A DNA stretch of 64,000 bases from Lytechinus pictus. Taxonomy: Eukaryota. Where the stretch lies: assembly GCF_037042905.1 (NCBI RefSeq), contig NC_087245.1, positions 35,900,001 to 35,964,000 of the forward strand. The letters are read 5' to 3'. Both the position numbers and the translations under genes were made by a program. Shown here one piece after another: positions 27,278 through 41,390 of this stretch. The stretch's first letter is position 1; each line of letters begins with the position of its first letter. A model generated the notes under the pieces. It did no database searches, had not been told where the DNA came from, and saw only the letters and a program-made list of their open reading frames with translations.

Positions 27278-27467
27278 CACCATGTATCATTCTTGGGCAA
27301 GTGTTGGTCCTGAAAAGGACCACTCAAACTCTGAGTCCTGCAAAAAAAGTCAACTCCTGGAGAATATGTTTTGAGCACGGTGAAGGAGTGTTGCTGCAAG
27401 CTTGGGTTATTGTGAGTTTGAATGGTCCTTTTCAGGACCAACCCTTGCCCAAGAAAGATACATGGTG
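27278..27467. mobile_element. MITE with ~54-bp TIRs and CACCATG...CATGGTG ends
   Basis: CACCATGTATCATTCTTGGGCAAGTGTTGGTCCTGAAAAGGACCACTCAAACTC is mirrored by GAGTTTGAATGGTCCTTTTCAGGACCAACCCTTGCCCAAGAAAGATACATGGTG. Confidence 0.85.
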
Positions 27468-30400
27468 TACCGTGCGACCTATACTACACTATGAAAGTTC
27501 TTTATTACTGAACATTTCAGAAATATTATTTCTTCAAAATCATTTTCTTATATCAGAAAAGATTAAAAAGACATTTTTGATACAGCAATCTAATTTTTTG
27601 ATCGATATGGAATTAATATTTTAAAAATGGCATAATATTTTACACTTTTAGTTTCATTTTCTTTATTTATTCTTTTTTGTAGGGGGTGGTCCATGCTTCC
27701 CCAGCCCCTATACGCCTGTCCAGTTCATCCGGGTGGTATTGTTGGTAAGTAACGGGATGTTCTCTACCCTTTGCTTCAAGTCCTTCAGGTCCTGGATCAT
27801 TCTCTCAGGCACGCTCGCAACAACACTGTGCAAATCCTTCGCCGACCGTACTAAAAATATAGTCTCCAGGAAAAGTCGGCTTGTTTTGTGGGACCAGGGC
27901 TTTATATATATGTATATGGTAGAACCCCCTTGCTTATGATCAAGCCAGCGGTGTTGGGGCCTGTTTGGGCAGAGATTACGGACGCTCCACGCTTCCAGAT
28001 CCCCGTCGCGACAGACAGCCCTACAACTAGTATTTACAATGACAATGAAACACGAAGGTTAAACATGAAATGCAGGCGATGTTACCCGGCGAGGTATGTG
28101 ACCGTGTTGATGCAAAAAAAAGGTAATGTCAGTTTAGATTTTCCCCGGGACATGAACGACTGAAAGATTGTAATTGAAGCTCGTGCTTTTTTTTCTCCGA
28201 AAAGGGTAATATCCACAGAAGATGACGTCATAAGGATCATACACGCCTGATCTCCTTATCTCTTGAATATTGCAACATTTGAATAAAAGTATAAAAAAAT
28301 TATAACTATATCATGGATATTGCAATGTCATTCAAACATGTCGTAAATAGAGAGACTTATGACAATCATGAATTTTTGTTCCTTTTATTTCCCTCTCCCT
28401 CTCCCTGTTTCCTGTTTTCTCTTTTCTTTCTTGATCACTTTCATACTCCTTCTTTTCCATCAGTCCTTGTTTCCTCTTTCTCTCTATATTGATAGGTACA
28501 CTTAATTCCAACTATTCTTATTTCATTCATGCATGCTAGGTCGTTAAAATATACTGTATATCATTTACCGAACAAAATCACACCCAAAACACTCAGGACA
28601 TACTTATGTCGATTTGCTCTTATTTCTTTTTTCCATATAATTATATTCGCATAATTCATATGGTTTTGTAATACCAATAATACAATTAGGAACTCATGTT
28701 AAAAATCAGAACAACTTAAGTTAAACTACGAGGTAGCATACATCCCCTTCTTCTTATTACTTTGATTTGAATTATGATATAAATCTTTGTACTACTTTGA
28801 TGTGCATATCTCTTATCTTTGTTAATGTTAATTATTATACTGTATTCATTTCATGTTACCCTGTATCATGTTCGGTAATAGCAGGTAAACTGGGCTTATT
28901 GTAACAAATGTTTCCTTGTATTAATATAATATAATGTAATTTATTTATCTAAAAAAACATTTAAGCCCATAAAATCAGTAGGCTCTCAGGACACTCTGGA
29001 AGATTAATCCTATAAAATTGCGTTTCAATACATGTCGTAATTTGTATTTTTTTCATGATTTATTTATAATTATTAGAAATGGAAATGGAAAAGTATTTTT
29101 CGATTACCTTTATTACCGTAGTAGGAGGAGAACCCCGCAGACCATCGCAAACTCAAGTCCTATTTCGGACTGCATGTTATTTCCGACCCGAAGTTTATGT
29201 TTGCCCATGTTTACAATTAGTTGCAGTTTACTCATTTGAAAACAAACAGACGTCGAAATGACGTAAGTCCACAAAATGTTAAATATAAATGTTTCGGGTA
29301 GTTGATGGCTACGATTGGGGGTACATTATTTCCTATAACAATTTATTGTCCCCTGTCCCGAAGCCCCTCCCCCCCCCTCCGCAGTCTCTCACTCTGTATA
29401 AGTCTCTCCATCAGTCTTTATCTTCCTATCTTGTGAATTAAATTATCTGAAAATGAGCAAACTTATGAAACAATAAACTTTATGCCCATTTCTTTCGTTG
29501 TTTCCTTTTTAATACAATGAAGTTTAGCTTCTCTGCTCGACTCTACTTTCAGAAAAAGGTGTCATGTTTTGGTGAATGTGCCGGACTCCCACTGTATCTG
29601 TTTAAATATGACACTTTTGTCTTTAGACAAATTCTGAGGTTGAAATTCACGAGCGATGTCGTTTGCTAAACATGAATTATGAGCTATTTTTTGTAAATTG
29701 TTTAGATTATTGGACGAATAAGATATAAATATCCATTGAACGCTTCTCGCTTTTTCCATTGCAACGTCATCACAATTTTAAACCCTATATACCCCAGTCA
29801 GTGGCTAAAGAAAAAATGAAATGGAGAGGGCCTAGCTCGGATATGATGCCTACTTGTGAGAATATGCAAGCGAGCGAAGCATCCCTCTGCCCCCACCCCA
29901 CCCATAAAAAGAGGTCTCTTATGGATTTGATACAAGTGTCAAATCCACCAGATATTGAATGATATTCATAAAATCATTTCAGGTACAACGGTCATAGTTT
30001 CACAAAAAATGTTTTTTTTTTAAATCTATCTTCACTTTCGAGGTGTATGGAACCAACCTCCCCCCCCAAAAAAAAAATGATAATAATAATAATTGATAAA
30101 TAAGTAAATAAATAAATACATAAATACATAAATACATAAATAAATAAATAAATCAATAAATAAATAAAAATTAATTAATTAATTAATTTAAAAAAATTAT
30201 TGACTCGACTATAGCACAATCTCTGACAAAAATCGATCACATTCAACTGCATGTACATGTAGGCTGGAAATAACCAAGAAGTGGTGTTTTGAAATGCCGA
30301 AGCTGATTAAGGCGATTCAGCTAGGGCTTTATGATCTATGTGTCAGGGTATAAGTCATGATATGTGCACTGGGTTATGACATGCGTCAAACGAGCTCTTA

Positions 30401-31835
30401 TCAGGGTAGAAACTTGATCAATATCACCGTTCCGGACTATTGCTTTTGGCTAAAAATAGACAATGGGAATGGCATTAGAAATATTATAAATTGAATCATA
30501 AGTTACAAGTTGACCACTAAGACGGGTAGATTATAATCATGTAAGATCGAATATGATGTTCCATAAACTTTATCTTATATTACTGCAAATCAGGGTCATA
30601 TCTTTCTTTGAACTCTGATTTCCCAAATTCGGGCACGTTCTATCCGGGGAGGGGGGGGGGGTTCTATCAACCATTTTTTGGGGGGGATCTGTAATGGAGG
30701 TGCCGTCGCAGTGGCAAAGCTTGATAGTCATTCGCCGAACTAAAAAGTAACGGGTTCCAGCTTCGGGAAGGCGTTTATTCTCCAGCCTTTGTGCGTCAAA
30801 TAGATATATATTTAAGAATGCTATAGACATCAACGGAAAGTAAAGAAACAACAGTTAAAACAATAGATTAATTCACACAGCAGATATCGATCACAAACTA
30901 TGTAACAATGAAAATAATCTGTGATGCAAAGAGATACATTTCTTTCAACGTATATCAGACAGATGAATATTTGGTCCCCTTACCAAGCCACAACCAGCTT
31001 CGAAATAAACGGCATAGAAAAAGCTGAACATTTCTCAGTTACATTTTACCTATCTTTGTGAATTCTCACAGCAACGATTTATATTGTCACATTCACGATG
31101 TTCAAACCAGTGCAGTCTGTGTTCAGTTCAGTTTTATTCATGCAAACAACAACCCAAATGATGTATTATCTACATAAAAGGAAAACAAATGATAAGGACG
31201 TTAATGAACAAGAAACAATTGTACACTAAACGGATCACACCTTAAAATGAGAATCATCGCAGTGCGAATTTTTTTTCTTTTCATTTTTACCACGATAATC
31301 TACCTTTTTGACCATTCGTTGATTTTTTTCACTGTCAATATTTTCTGCTAAGCAATATATACGCATGATACTTCCAATTGATAATAGTAGGCAAAATGTT
31401 ACCCCTCTATCTCTTCAACAGTCTAGATAAAAGTCAATTGGTATACTAAAACTTTTCCTCAGTTTCTACTTTTCTTCTGCTTGTCGTCGATGGTTTCGGT
31501 TATTCCCCGAAATTCCACGTTTCTTCTCCAAGTTAGTGCCCTGGTCCTATCCTGGAGTCCTTTCCACCCCTTCAAGCTATCGAAATACTCCCCCATCCTT
31601 TTCTTTTCCCTGCATCCCTCCCAGACTTCTCCCCCATTTCTTCCTTCTCCCACCTCACCCCTCCTCCCGGCCTCTCTCCTCCCTCAACTCTCCTCCGTTT
31701 CCCGTCATCCCTCCACCAATTCTCCCCACCCCTCCATGATAGTCCATGTTCCACCCCCCCCCCCCCCCCCATTTTAGGTCTCTCCGCTGCGTTTTCTCTT
31801 GAATTCATTTCATGTATCGATAAGAAAGAAAATTT

Positions 31836-31940
31836 CAGTCACACACACGAAACGGACTTCAAAACGATCGATAACATGCCATAGGGAATAACGTTACAGC
31901 TTGTATCGGTATCGAGTTGGTTTGTTTGGTGTGACCAGGC
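31836..31940. mobile_element. Hairpin MITE (13316-13426 family), diverged copy
   Basis: CAGTCACAC..CGAAACGGACTTCAAAACGATCGATAACATGCCAT..GAATAACGT...TTTGGTGTGAC aligns to the reverse complement of 13316-13426. Confidence 0.65.
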
Positions 31941-33834
31941 ATCATTGTTCATGTCTGCCTCTGCCCAATGCTTTCTTCATCACATCTATTCTAGAGCCAC
32001 AATCTTTCCTTCTCTCATCACCAAATCCGCCCACCGATATTCGGAATGCCATAATTCATGTTTGACTAGAAAATTAAAATAGACAGTTTGGGGGTTTACA
32101 CGGACCTAGCCGTTGTTTACCATTGCGAGGGAGCGGGCCATGCTCGTGTAAGAATAAATACTACACGAGCGAACATGGCATGAGCCCACGAGCACAAAGA
32201 AAAAACGCTGATCTGCAAATCGGCAACCTCAGCTCACAGAGAAAACCCGTGCAAATAAAGTCGAAGAATTCTGTTTGAAAATCATGTTGAATGATAAAAA
32301 AAAATCAACGACGCAAGTCTAACACGTACACATGAAGTTTCTAAATTTCGGTGAATTCAATTTTCTTTTATTTGCTCGTACTTTCAGAGGTAAAAGGATG
32401 TTTTATAGCCACTATCCTTCACTGGATTGTATATGAGTTCCTTAAAAAATGCTAAATGGCTTTACTTGTAGATTGCGTTATACATATTCTAAATTTGTAT
32501 CTGTATAAATGGTACCTTGTAATTGAAATAACCACATTTCACACATAAAAAACAAACTTTCAGAATATCGTTTAGGCGTACTCGATCTGATTATTCAGTC
32601 TAAAATAACACACAAAGGCCTACATATTGTTTTTTCTGCCAAGTTGATGCCGTACAGGTTTTTTTTTTTGGGGGGGGTATGTTTTTTTATGAAATAAACA
32701 TTTTTCGTTAGCTTCAGACAGTGGTATACACTAAATGAACGTTCTTAATTAAAAACAAATTATGAAAATCAACTGCTATTAAAGGTCTATGTATGGTAAA
32801 CAATTTTATTTCACTTTATATACATCTCACTTTCAAGAACAATAACAACGGTGACCAAATCTGGAATGGAGAAGAAGATATAACGCATTATGATAAATGT
32901 TTAATTCTAAACGAAAATAAATAAATGATTGAATGTATTCAATCTTAGAATAAGATCGCGTCGGATCCAAATAACCATACTTACTAATACTGCTAATGAC
33001 CCGTTTCAATATTATGGTAATTTTTTATTGGATGACAAGTTTTCTTTTTCTTTTTTTTAGCCACGTTTTCATGGTAGTTACAAAATGGTGGCATAATTAC
33101 CATGGAATACAAGTTCTGTGCAACCGGCCTCATTCAAACCTGGATTACTGTTCGTATAATGTGAAGTAATGTGCTTATTTTATTTTCATTTTCGCTTGGG
33201 TCATGTCAAAATTGCTCGAATTCGACGATGACGAGATTTAAATATCAAATGTCCGTGTCTTTGATAAACTCATATACATTTAAAAGCAATGGTCCCCAGC
33301 GCCATAATGTTTGTTAATATGCGTGCTAACATAATTGACTAAGAATAAAAATTGATGATTTTATTTGTTTAAATGTATACCATAAAAAATGTTTCTGTCC
33401 AGAAAATGTCTACCTTAAAAAAATGATTTGATTGACCTGTCAACCAACGAAAGAGAGATACAGTGTTCTTCAAGCATAACCTCTCTATCTGCACTTTTAT
33501 TGTCCCTCGCATATACACATCCACGTATATACCATCAGGCATTTTAGGCTAATTTCCCAAGACATTTTTTATGTCAGTGAGTAGCGCGTACACCCTTGCA
33601 AGTGAAATTTAAGTGGATCAGCGAATTCCCACCCGGCAATTGCCTAGGTTTGAATGATGTATGACCATCACTGCTTGTATCATGGAAAGAAAAAGAAGTA
33701 TCATCTTAGCACATTAGGGCACAAAAAGAAAATCAATTATGACCTTAAGTGAGCGCGGGTTTTTTAGAAATCAGTCTAATTGTGTTGATTCCCGCAAGGA
33801 CGCGGGCATTGGCTCTTTGCGTTGAACGCACTAT

Positions 33835-33989
33835 GGGCCCGTTTCATAAAAGAGTTACAACTGTTGTAACTTTGCCATTATGGCAACTACCATGGTAACC
33901 TTGATTCTGATTGGCTGCTGAGCCCTGTTGCCATGGTAGTTGCCAAAATGGCAAAGTTACAACAGTTGCAAGGCCTTTATGAAACGGGC
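33835..33989 (+). mobile_element. Palindromic MITE family B (GGGCCCGTTTCAT ends), copy 1
   Basis: Long inverted arms around a CTTGATTCTGATTGGCTGCTGAGCCCT spacer; near-identical copy at 55244-55400. Confidence 0.9.
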
Positions 33990-34379
33990 TGTATATCTTG
34001 CTACGGAATAATGCATTGAGATAAGAAGGATTGGAAGTGTTTCCTTTTAAGTTTCCGGAGCTAAATGGGATATCGAATATCAATATTTTGATTTTTTTCA
34101 GAATAAATTTTAAAACAATGCCGCCACTGAAATGACTTTAGAAGTTGGGCTTATTCAAAAATATATTTAAAAAAAAAAAAAAAATGAATTCTTAGAATTT
34201 TATTGTATTGAAAAAACAAAGTAAAAAAAGTACTTTAAATTAAAAACGGCATTTAAGTAATCGGAATAAAAAAATTAATTAAAAAATTACATGGTTCTTT
34301 CAATAATGGGGTACGTCAATTGAAAATATATTTATTTATTCTTGTATTCATTTTTCAATCAATTACAACATCCTAATCA

Positions 34380-34506
34380 TTATAATGAATATTATTGTTA
34401 ACATACAATCATTATCATTATCAGTATTATTATTATTATTATCATTATTATTATTATTATCATTATCATCATCATCTTCATCATCATCGTCGTCATCATC
34501 ATCATC

Positions 34507-34560
<54 letters not shown>

Positions 34561-34637
34561 GTTGTTGTCATCATCATCTTCATCATCATTATTAATGTTA
34601 TTATTATCATTATTATTAAAATGATTATTATTATTAT
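34380..34637. repeat. (ATT/ATC)n compound trinucleotide microsatellite
   Basis: Visible directly; it produces the low-complexity N/D, L/S and Y/H ORFs. Confidence 0.95.
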
Positions 34638-36530
34638 AGTAAGAGAGGAGATAGGTAAAGAAGAGAGAAAGGAATGAAAGGGATTTATACACATAATACA
34701 GAGAGAGAGAGAGAAGAGAGAGGGAGGGGGAGAGAGAGAAATGGAGAGAGATCATTATCGTTGTTCAAGTTCAGGTTACATAAGTCTGTCATAGTTGAAA
34801 TACCGGAACCCCGCACGCGAGAAATTGAATAATTAGTGAAAACGTATAGGGTGTATTGGCCATGTAATAAGAGCCCAATAAGAAACAGAGGTATTTATAG
34901 TCAGGCTGAGTGAAATGACTACTCCGTGGTGAAAGATTAAAGGGAAATCCTACCTCGGTCATAAAATATGTTGTGTGAGAGAGGAGGAAAATAACATTTT
35001 GAAAGAATTCAGAAAAGCAAAATCCTACGACTAAGTTTGTGTTAATTTCAAATTGTCTTGGGAATTAAGTAGATTATGACAAGTGGTAGGTAAGGACAAC
35101 TTTCCCATCAGGGATATTAATGTGGTTTTCTCAAAGTACATATTCCCAAACACCACGACAATTTAGCCATTTTATTTACTGGATTGAATAAATGAGTAGT
35201 CCTTGCCTTACATCGCTATGACATCACACCATTGCGGCCAATTTGAAGACTCGGTAAGTTTCATTTTTCCGAGGGAAAATTTGACGAGCAAAAAAAAAAG
35301 TTTTTAATAAAAAATTAAGGATATTTCGTCCCCGAAAAAAGCTGACAAGCAAAAAAAAAGAGAAAAAAAGGTTCTCACTTTCAATTATGTTAAAACACTT
35401 CTGTTTTAACATAATTTTTACATTACAAATTTTAATTTTGCTTCTTAAAAGGGGAGGTGGCACGGGCCGGCTGTGCAACCCCCCCCCCCCCCTGGATCCG
35501 CCAGTGAGTTATATGAATAAGAGTAGTAAATTCGACAAACAAGACGCAAAATAAATCATCTGATACGAAATAATAAAGTTTTTTAATTTGAAACATTTTG
35601 TGAAATATTTAAATGTATACCATCAGGTTTTATGTGGGCTGATAGCGTCATGTACCACTTTCCTTCTTATGTAAATAGGTTATTACATGGAATTATGGTT
35701 ATTTTATAATTTTATACTTGCGTGTAAAGTATGTCAAGGGTTTGTCAAATTAAGTTTCAAGAATAATCATCTTACACATCAAATCAGTAGTCAAACTTGC
35801 TTTTTGAAATTCTCGGAGGAGAAAATCGATTGATATTATTTCATATATAACAAAATATAAGAAAAAGAAGGGATAATGCCATCCGATATTTTTGTGTACA
35901 ATTTAGTAAACGGGGTCGCGAATACACAAGCATGGGTCTCGGTAAACTGACTGCTGATGAAGTGAAATTAATACACACGTACTTCTATATGGACCGTGAT
36001 TATAATGTCGATTTTCAACGATAATGATGATTATATTCATGAAATTTCAACTTTAATATACAACTCGTTCATAGTGTAATACTACACCTCTCTTAACGTC
36101 ATGGTTTGTTGAAATTAATACAGTCCATGGAAGTATTTTTCATTTTAGTAATGAAATGTGTAGTTAAATGAAAGATGTAAACCACATCGAAGTTCACAAC
36201 AGCTGAGACAAGAGATGGTTAAATGAATAAATGAGTATTAACGTAAGATGAACCCTGTATTTTCTTGAATTAGTTCAGAAATTAGATCATGAAAGTACAT
36301 TCGAAACGAACAAAAAATAGAGCATGCACTATCGCCATTTTAATAACGCCATAGAATATAGATATTTAATTATATATATGTATAAACTTCAATACCGCAG
36401 TAGCATTTCCCATAATAATAGTTACAAAAAATCGAAAACAATTTTTGGAATAAAAACTAAATGAGAAATGTAATAAACGTGCCATAAAACATGCAAGCCT
36501 TGCAGAAAATATTTATATATTCGTATATAT

Positions 36531-36620
36531 ATTTAGATTTAGTTAGATTTATTTATTTCCGTTCAAACAAATGATCTAATCCAAGTAACAGTGTAAATAC
36601 ATGTTAAAAATAATACATAC
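36531..36620 (-). mobile_element. Non-LTR retroelement 3' tail, same family as 21290-21381
   Basis: Reverse complement reads TTATTTTTAACATGTA...TTGAACGGAAATAAATAAATCTAACTAAATCTAAAT. Confidence 0.6.
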
Positions 36621-37240
36621 TCTAAATAATACATACAGTTCTAAACATTATATTTATATTTATAACTACCTATATTATATACATTATAGTTAGGTCTCAA
36701 AGAGCGAAAGTGAAATAATATCGTATATTTAATTTTATTAATATATAAGTTAACTTGTATGATAGCGGGCGAGGAGGAAATTTGTAAGTGTGTTGAATTC
36801 CATGACATCTGATTAAGGCCTAAATTGGCAGCTAAGCAAGCCGGGGACTCGGGGGGACTTTACTCTGAAAACAGCTTGAATTCGAGTTGAGCTCATGGGC
36901 TTTGTCGAGAAATTCCAACACGTTCCGCACCACATACAATTTGGATTATAGTTATGACGGAATAGAATAGGCTTCTTACTTTAGAAGGGAAATGATTTTT
37001 TTCCTTTTCTTTTTCTATGCAAGGCGTTATGATGGCTGCATCCTCGGAATAGTGGAACTAGAAATATTCTGGCGTGGTGTATTGAAATGATAAAAGTAGG
37101 GTAGTTTAGAGTTATAAAAGCATAAGAGATACATGTATATATTACCAATTAAAATAGGAGAGGAATTAAATAGGAAAATTACCAGTAGTAGAAATAGAAT
37201 ATACGCATTAGCATAAATTAAAGTATAAGAAGTAGATTAG

Positions 37241-38192
<952 letters not shown>

Positions 38193-39171
38193 GTCAGTTG
38201 CTTGAAAAGTTGGGATTATAACGATTATGATAAAGATAATACAATTATTCTAACTGATTCTGTTCATAATAGTGATGATAATGATATTAATCATTACTAA
38301 TAATTAATATAATATGATAATGATATCGATAATGGTGATGTTGATGATGCGGATAGTGATGATGATAACAATAATGATAATCATGATTATAACAGCAATA
38401 GTAGTAAAATAATAATAATTATCATCATTATCATCATCATCACAATATTAACAATAAATTAACAACAATACTTATGACAAGAAATATAATAAAATGAAAT
38501 AGAGAATGAGAATAATAATAAAAAATGAAGATATGAATACACAAAGTATATAAAAAAGATATATTGATACAGACGAAGAAAGCTATAAGGAAATGACAAC
38601 GTAAGGAAAAAAATGAAAAAGAAGATAAAAACTGAAAGAAATAGAAACAGAAATATTAGTGGTTAAAGTGGTTTAAACTGTTAAAGAAAAGTTGAATGAT
38701 GATGCAAAAGGAAAAAAAGGAATAGAAGGAAATTGTGAAAAATAATAACGGAGAACGAGGTGAAGAAGAAATAATATTAAAAGATGATGGTGATAATTAT
38801 GATGATGACTCGAAGTTTACAGTGACACGTGGATGTGTATCGTATTGTACATAGTGACATTACTAATTAAAATGGCATTTTAAGGGCTTTATCGTAACAT
38901 TAGACATTTCAGCAACATGAATAGGAAAGATTTTAAATCGGTCGAGCGTTTGGCAAGGCACTGATAAATGATTGGTAGGATTAGCCTTCGGTTAGCGGAT
39001 CGTGTTCGGCGTCAAGCTCAAACAATTACTTCAAGAATCCAAGAGTTTGGATTTTGTCAATGTCTATTCTTCACCCACATCAATTTGTGTCTGCTGCTCA
39101 ATACATTCATTAGCATGTGCACATGTATAGAGAATAACCGAGATTTGGCGAAGGTAAGTACGCCTTTATGT

Positions 39172-39462
39172 GGAGCGTTGTGGCCCAGTGGATTAGTCTT
39201 CTGACTTTGAAACAGAGGGTCGTGGGTTCGAATCCCAGCCATGGCGTAATTTCCTTCAGCACGAAATTTACCCACATTGTGCTGCACTCAACCCAGGTGA
39301 GGTGAATGTGTATCCGGTAGGAAGAAATTCCTTGAATGCTTGAGCGCCTAGGTAGCCCAGCTAAAGCCGGGGTAATGGTATCCAAGTCCTTTGGAAGCGC
39401 ATAGAGACGTTATTCATAATGTATTATGCGCTATACAAGAACTGACTATTATTATTATTATT
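39172..39462 (+). mobile_element. Full-length tRNA-derived SINE (Gln-TTG-like head) with L2-type tail
   Basis: A-box TGGCCCAGTGG, anticodon-like arm TCTGA-CTTTGAA-ACAGA, B-box GGTTCGAATCC, a ~150-bp body, then AAGCGCATAGAGACG...TATGCGCTATACAAGAACTGAC(TAT)n. Confidence 0.9.
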
Positions 39463-40904
39463 TACACCAAAACGGCATAGACCTAGTAGACGAACTGGTT
39501 GTATATGAAGGAGGATTAAACCTTGTGGAATGAGACCAAACGAAAAGTAGACGAAATGGATGTAGACCAAATGGCAATTTACCTTTCCAACAAGGGATGC
39601 GGAGACCGAGGAGGGTATAGTGGTATAAGTAACCATGGCAACCCTCACAGTTCGGGACTGGTGTCCATTATCATAGATACGAATTCACACCTAATAAACA
39701 AAGGAAAGTCTTCAAGAATTGTGGCGCCTAACATGTGTTTTACCTTTGAGTGCTTTTCATATTGATTTATACCAGCTGTGCTCAATTATAAATCAACTTT
39801 TTTTCTACCGTTTTGAATAATAAAACTCGATATATGGATGTATTGAAGCGTAGTAGCCTTTATTACTATAGTTTTTTTTTTTTTTATCCTGGCGACATGT
39901 ATACCTTATCTGTCCGTTATTTTGAATATCATGAGGTACTTTACTCTTGAGAACTTTGACCTTAATATAGTTCAGTATTTCGTGGCGCATTACATTTGTT
40001 AAAGTTTTTACATCTCATGCCAATTCTTTATCATTTTACTCTAAACCAGTTTCTTTCAAATACACCCGACCTATTTCTTTGCATGCACTCGGTATTAAGA
40101 CGTTTTCATACGCCTATTTTAATTGAAGTATCCCATCCGAAATGTATATCCTTGACATGGTAATTGGATGAGAAAGAAAGTCTATGCCATTGACCTTTGG
40201 CTTCTCGATATCAGTGAGAACAGGGGGGTCGTTACACTAGAACCGGTACTACTCTCAAAGTTCTCGGACAACCCATAGATGCGCACGTGTTATCAAGATG
40301 CTGTTCTATGTGATATACCACCTGAAGACCGTTTGGTGAAACTGACCCTCAGTCTTTCTCCCTTCATCCAATACCGCATACATGGAAGATCAATGGTCGA
40401 AACGTTGAAGGTTGCCTAAACAATGGATTATTTTTGGTTTTGTCTAGACTACACAACCAAGACGCCATCGGCGAGTCCCTGTTAAGATAAGAAGATGTAA
40501 TGCATTATCACGGCCATGTTGGGCTAACATAATTTCATATATCCCTGTATTATGTAGCTCCTCCGTTACCATTGCCCGCATATCGCATTGCTCCCGAGAA
40601 TGATTTTTATCTTTCATTTCCTACGATCATGCAGAGATACATTGCAGTATGAAACATGATGTAAGCCACAGGGGAGAAGTGAGATAATGATGACACGCTG
40701 TTTTATTTCATCTTAATATCTACTGACTGATCGAAAGATTTATTCATTTTGGCCATCTTTTTGTTGATAAACACCTATTTTTTCGTTCCATTGTCTGGAA
40801 CTTTCATGTGTAAGCGTTAAAGTCGAGTGGTATAGGGTCTTAGTAAGACACACGAAAGTACAGGGTTCGACCTCCAGTAAGGCATTTTATCAACATCGCT
40901 CTCT

Positions 40905-41390
40905 TCAAAATGAGAATTAAACCCTCCAAACAAGTTAGCCTCTTAGTGAAAACAGAAAAATCAAATAAAAAAACCCAATGAGAACAAAATTATGAACAAA
41001 ATAATAATGAAAACTTATGAGAATTAGAATGCTGAGATCACTAGTGATGTGGACATCCTTCTATTGGCAATGCGACCAATATATCTGAGGTCAGTCTATC
41101 CATAGATAAGATATTTGCTTTCATGGGGAACATGTAATAGGAGTTTCATAAAATAAATCATGACCAAAGAGTTTGTACTATCATTAAAATAAGCTAAAAT
41201 GATGTTTTGAGGGTATTATTTTCAGTGTACAGAGGGGAAAGATCAGTTTGACATTGCATATGTCTTCTTCCCATTGCCAGTGGGAGGATCTATACACAAA
41301 GCATTGTCATGGCGTCATTCAAACGCTAATAATTTTTCTTACTGTTTGTCCAATTATTCTCAAACTGTCATTGATCTTTAATATTCTTTG
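40905..41390. mobile_element. Degenerate long-TIR DNA element, family shared with 45740-46551
   Basis: Shares AACAAGTTAGC, AAACAGAAAAATCAAA, GATCACTA and ATTGGCAATGCGACC blocks with the 45.7-46.5 kb element; an internal inverted CCATTGCCAGTGGGAGGATC is present. Confidence 0.55.

Noticed and set aside
30985..31024. Possible minus-strand exon LFLCRLFRSWLWL following MAAMLFK
   Set aside because: Weak acceptor; such AG..GT pairs arise often by chance.
34363..34755. Low-complexity ORFs (also 47496-47948 and 50521-50889)
   Set aside because: They are microsatellite translations.
39172..39246. Functional tRNA-Gln gene
   Set aside because: The acceptor stem does not pair and the sequence continues into a SINE body and LINE-type tail.
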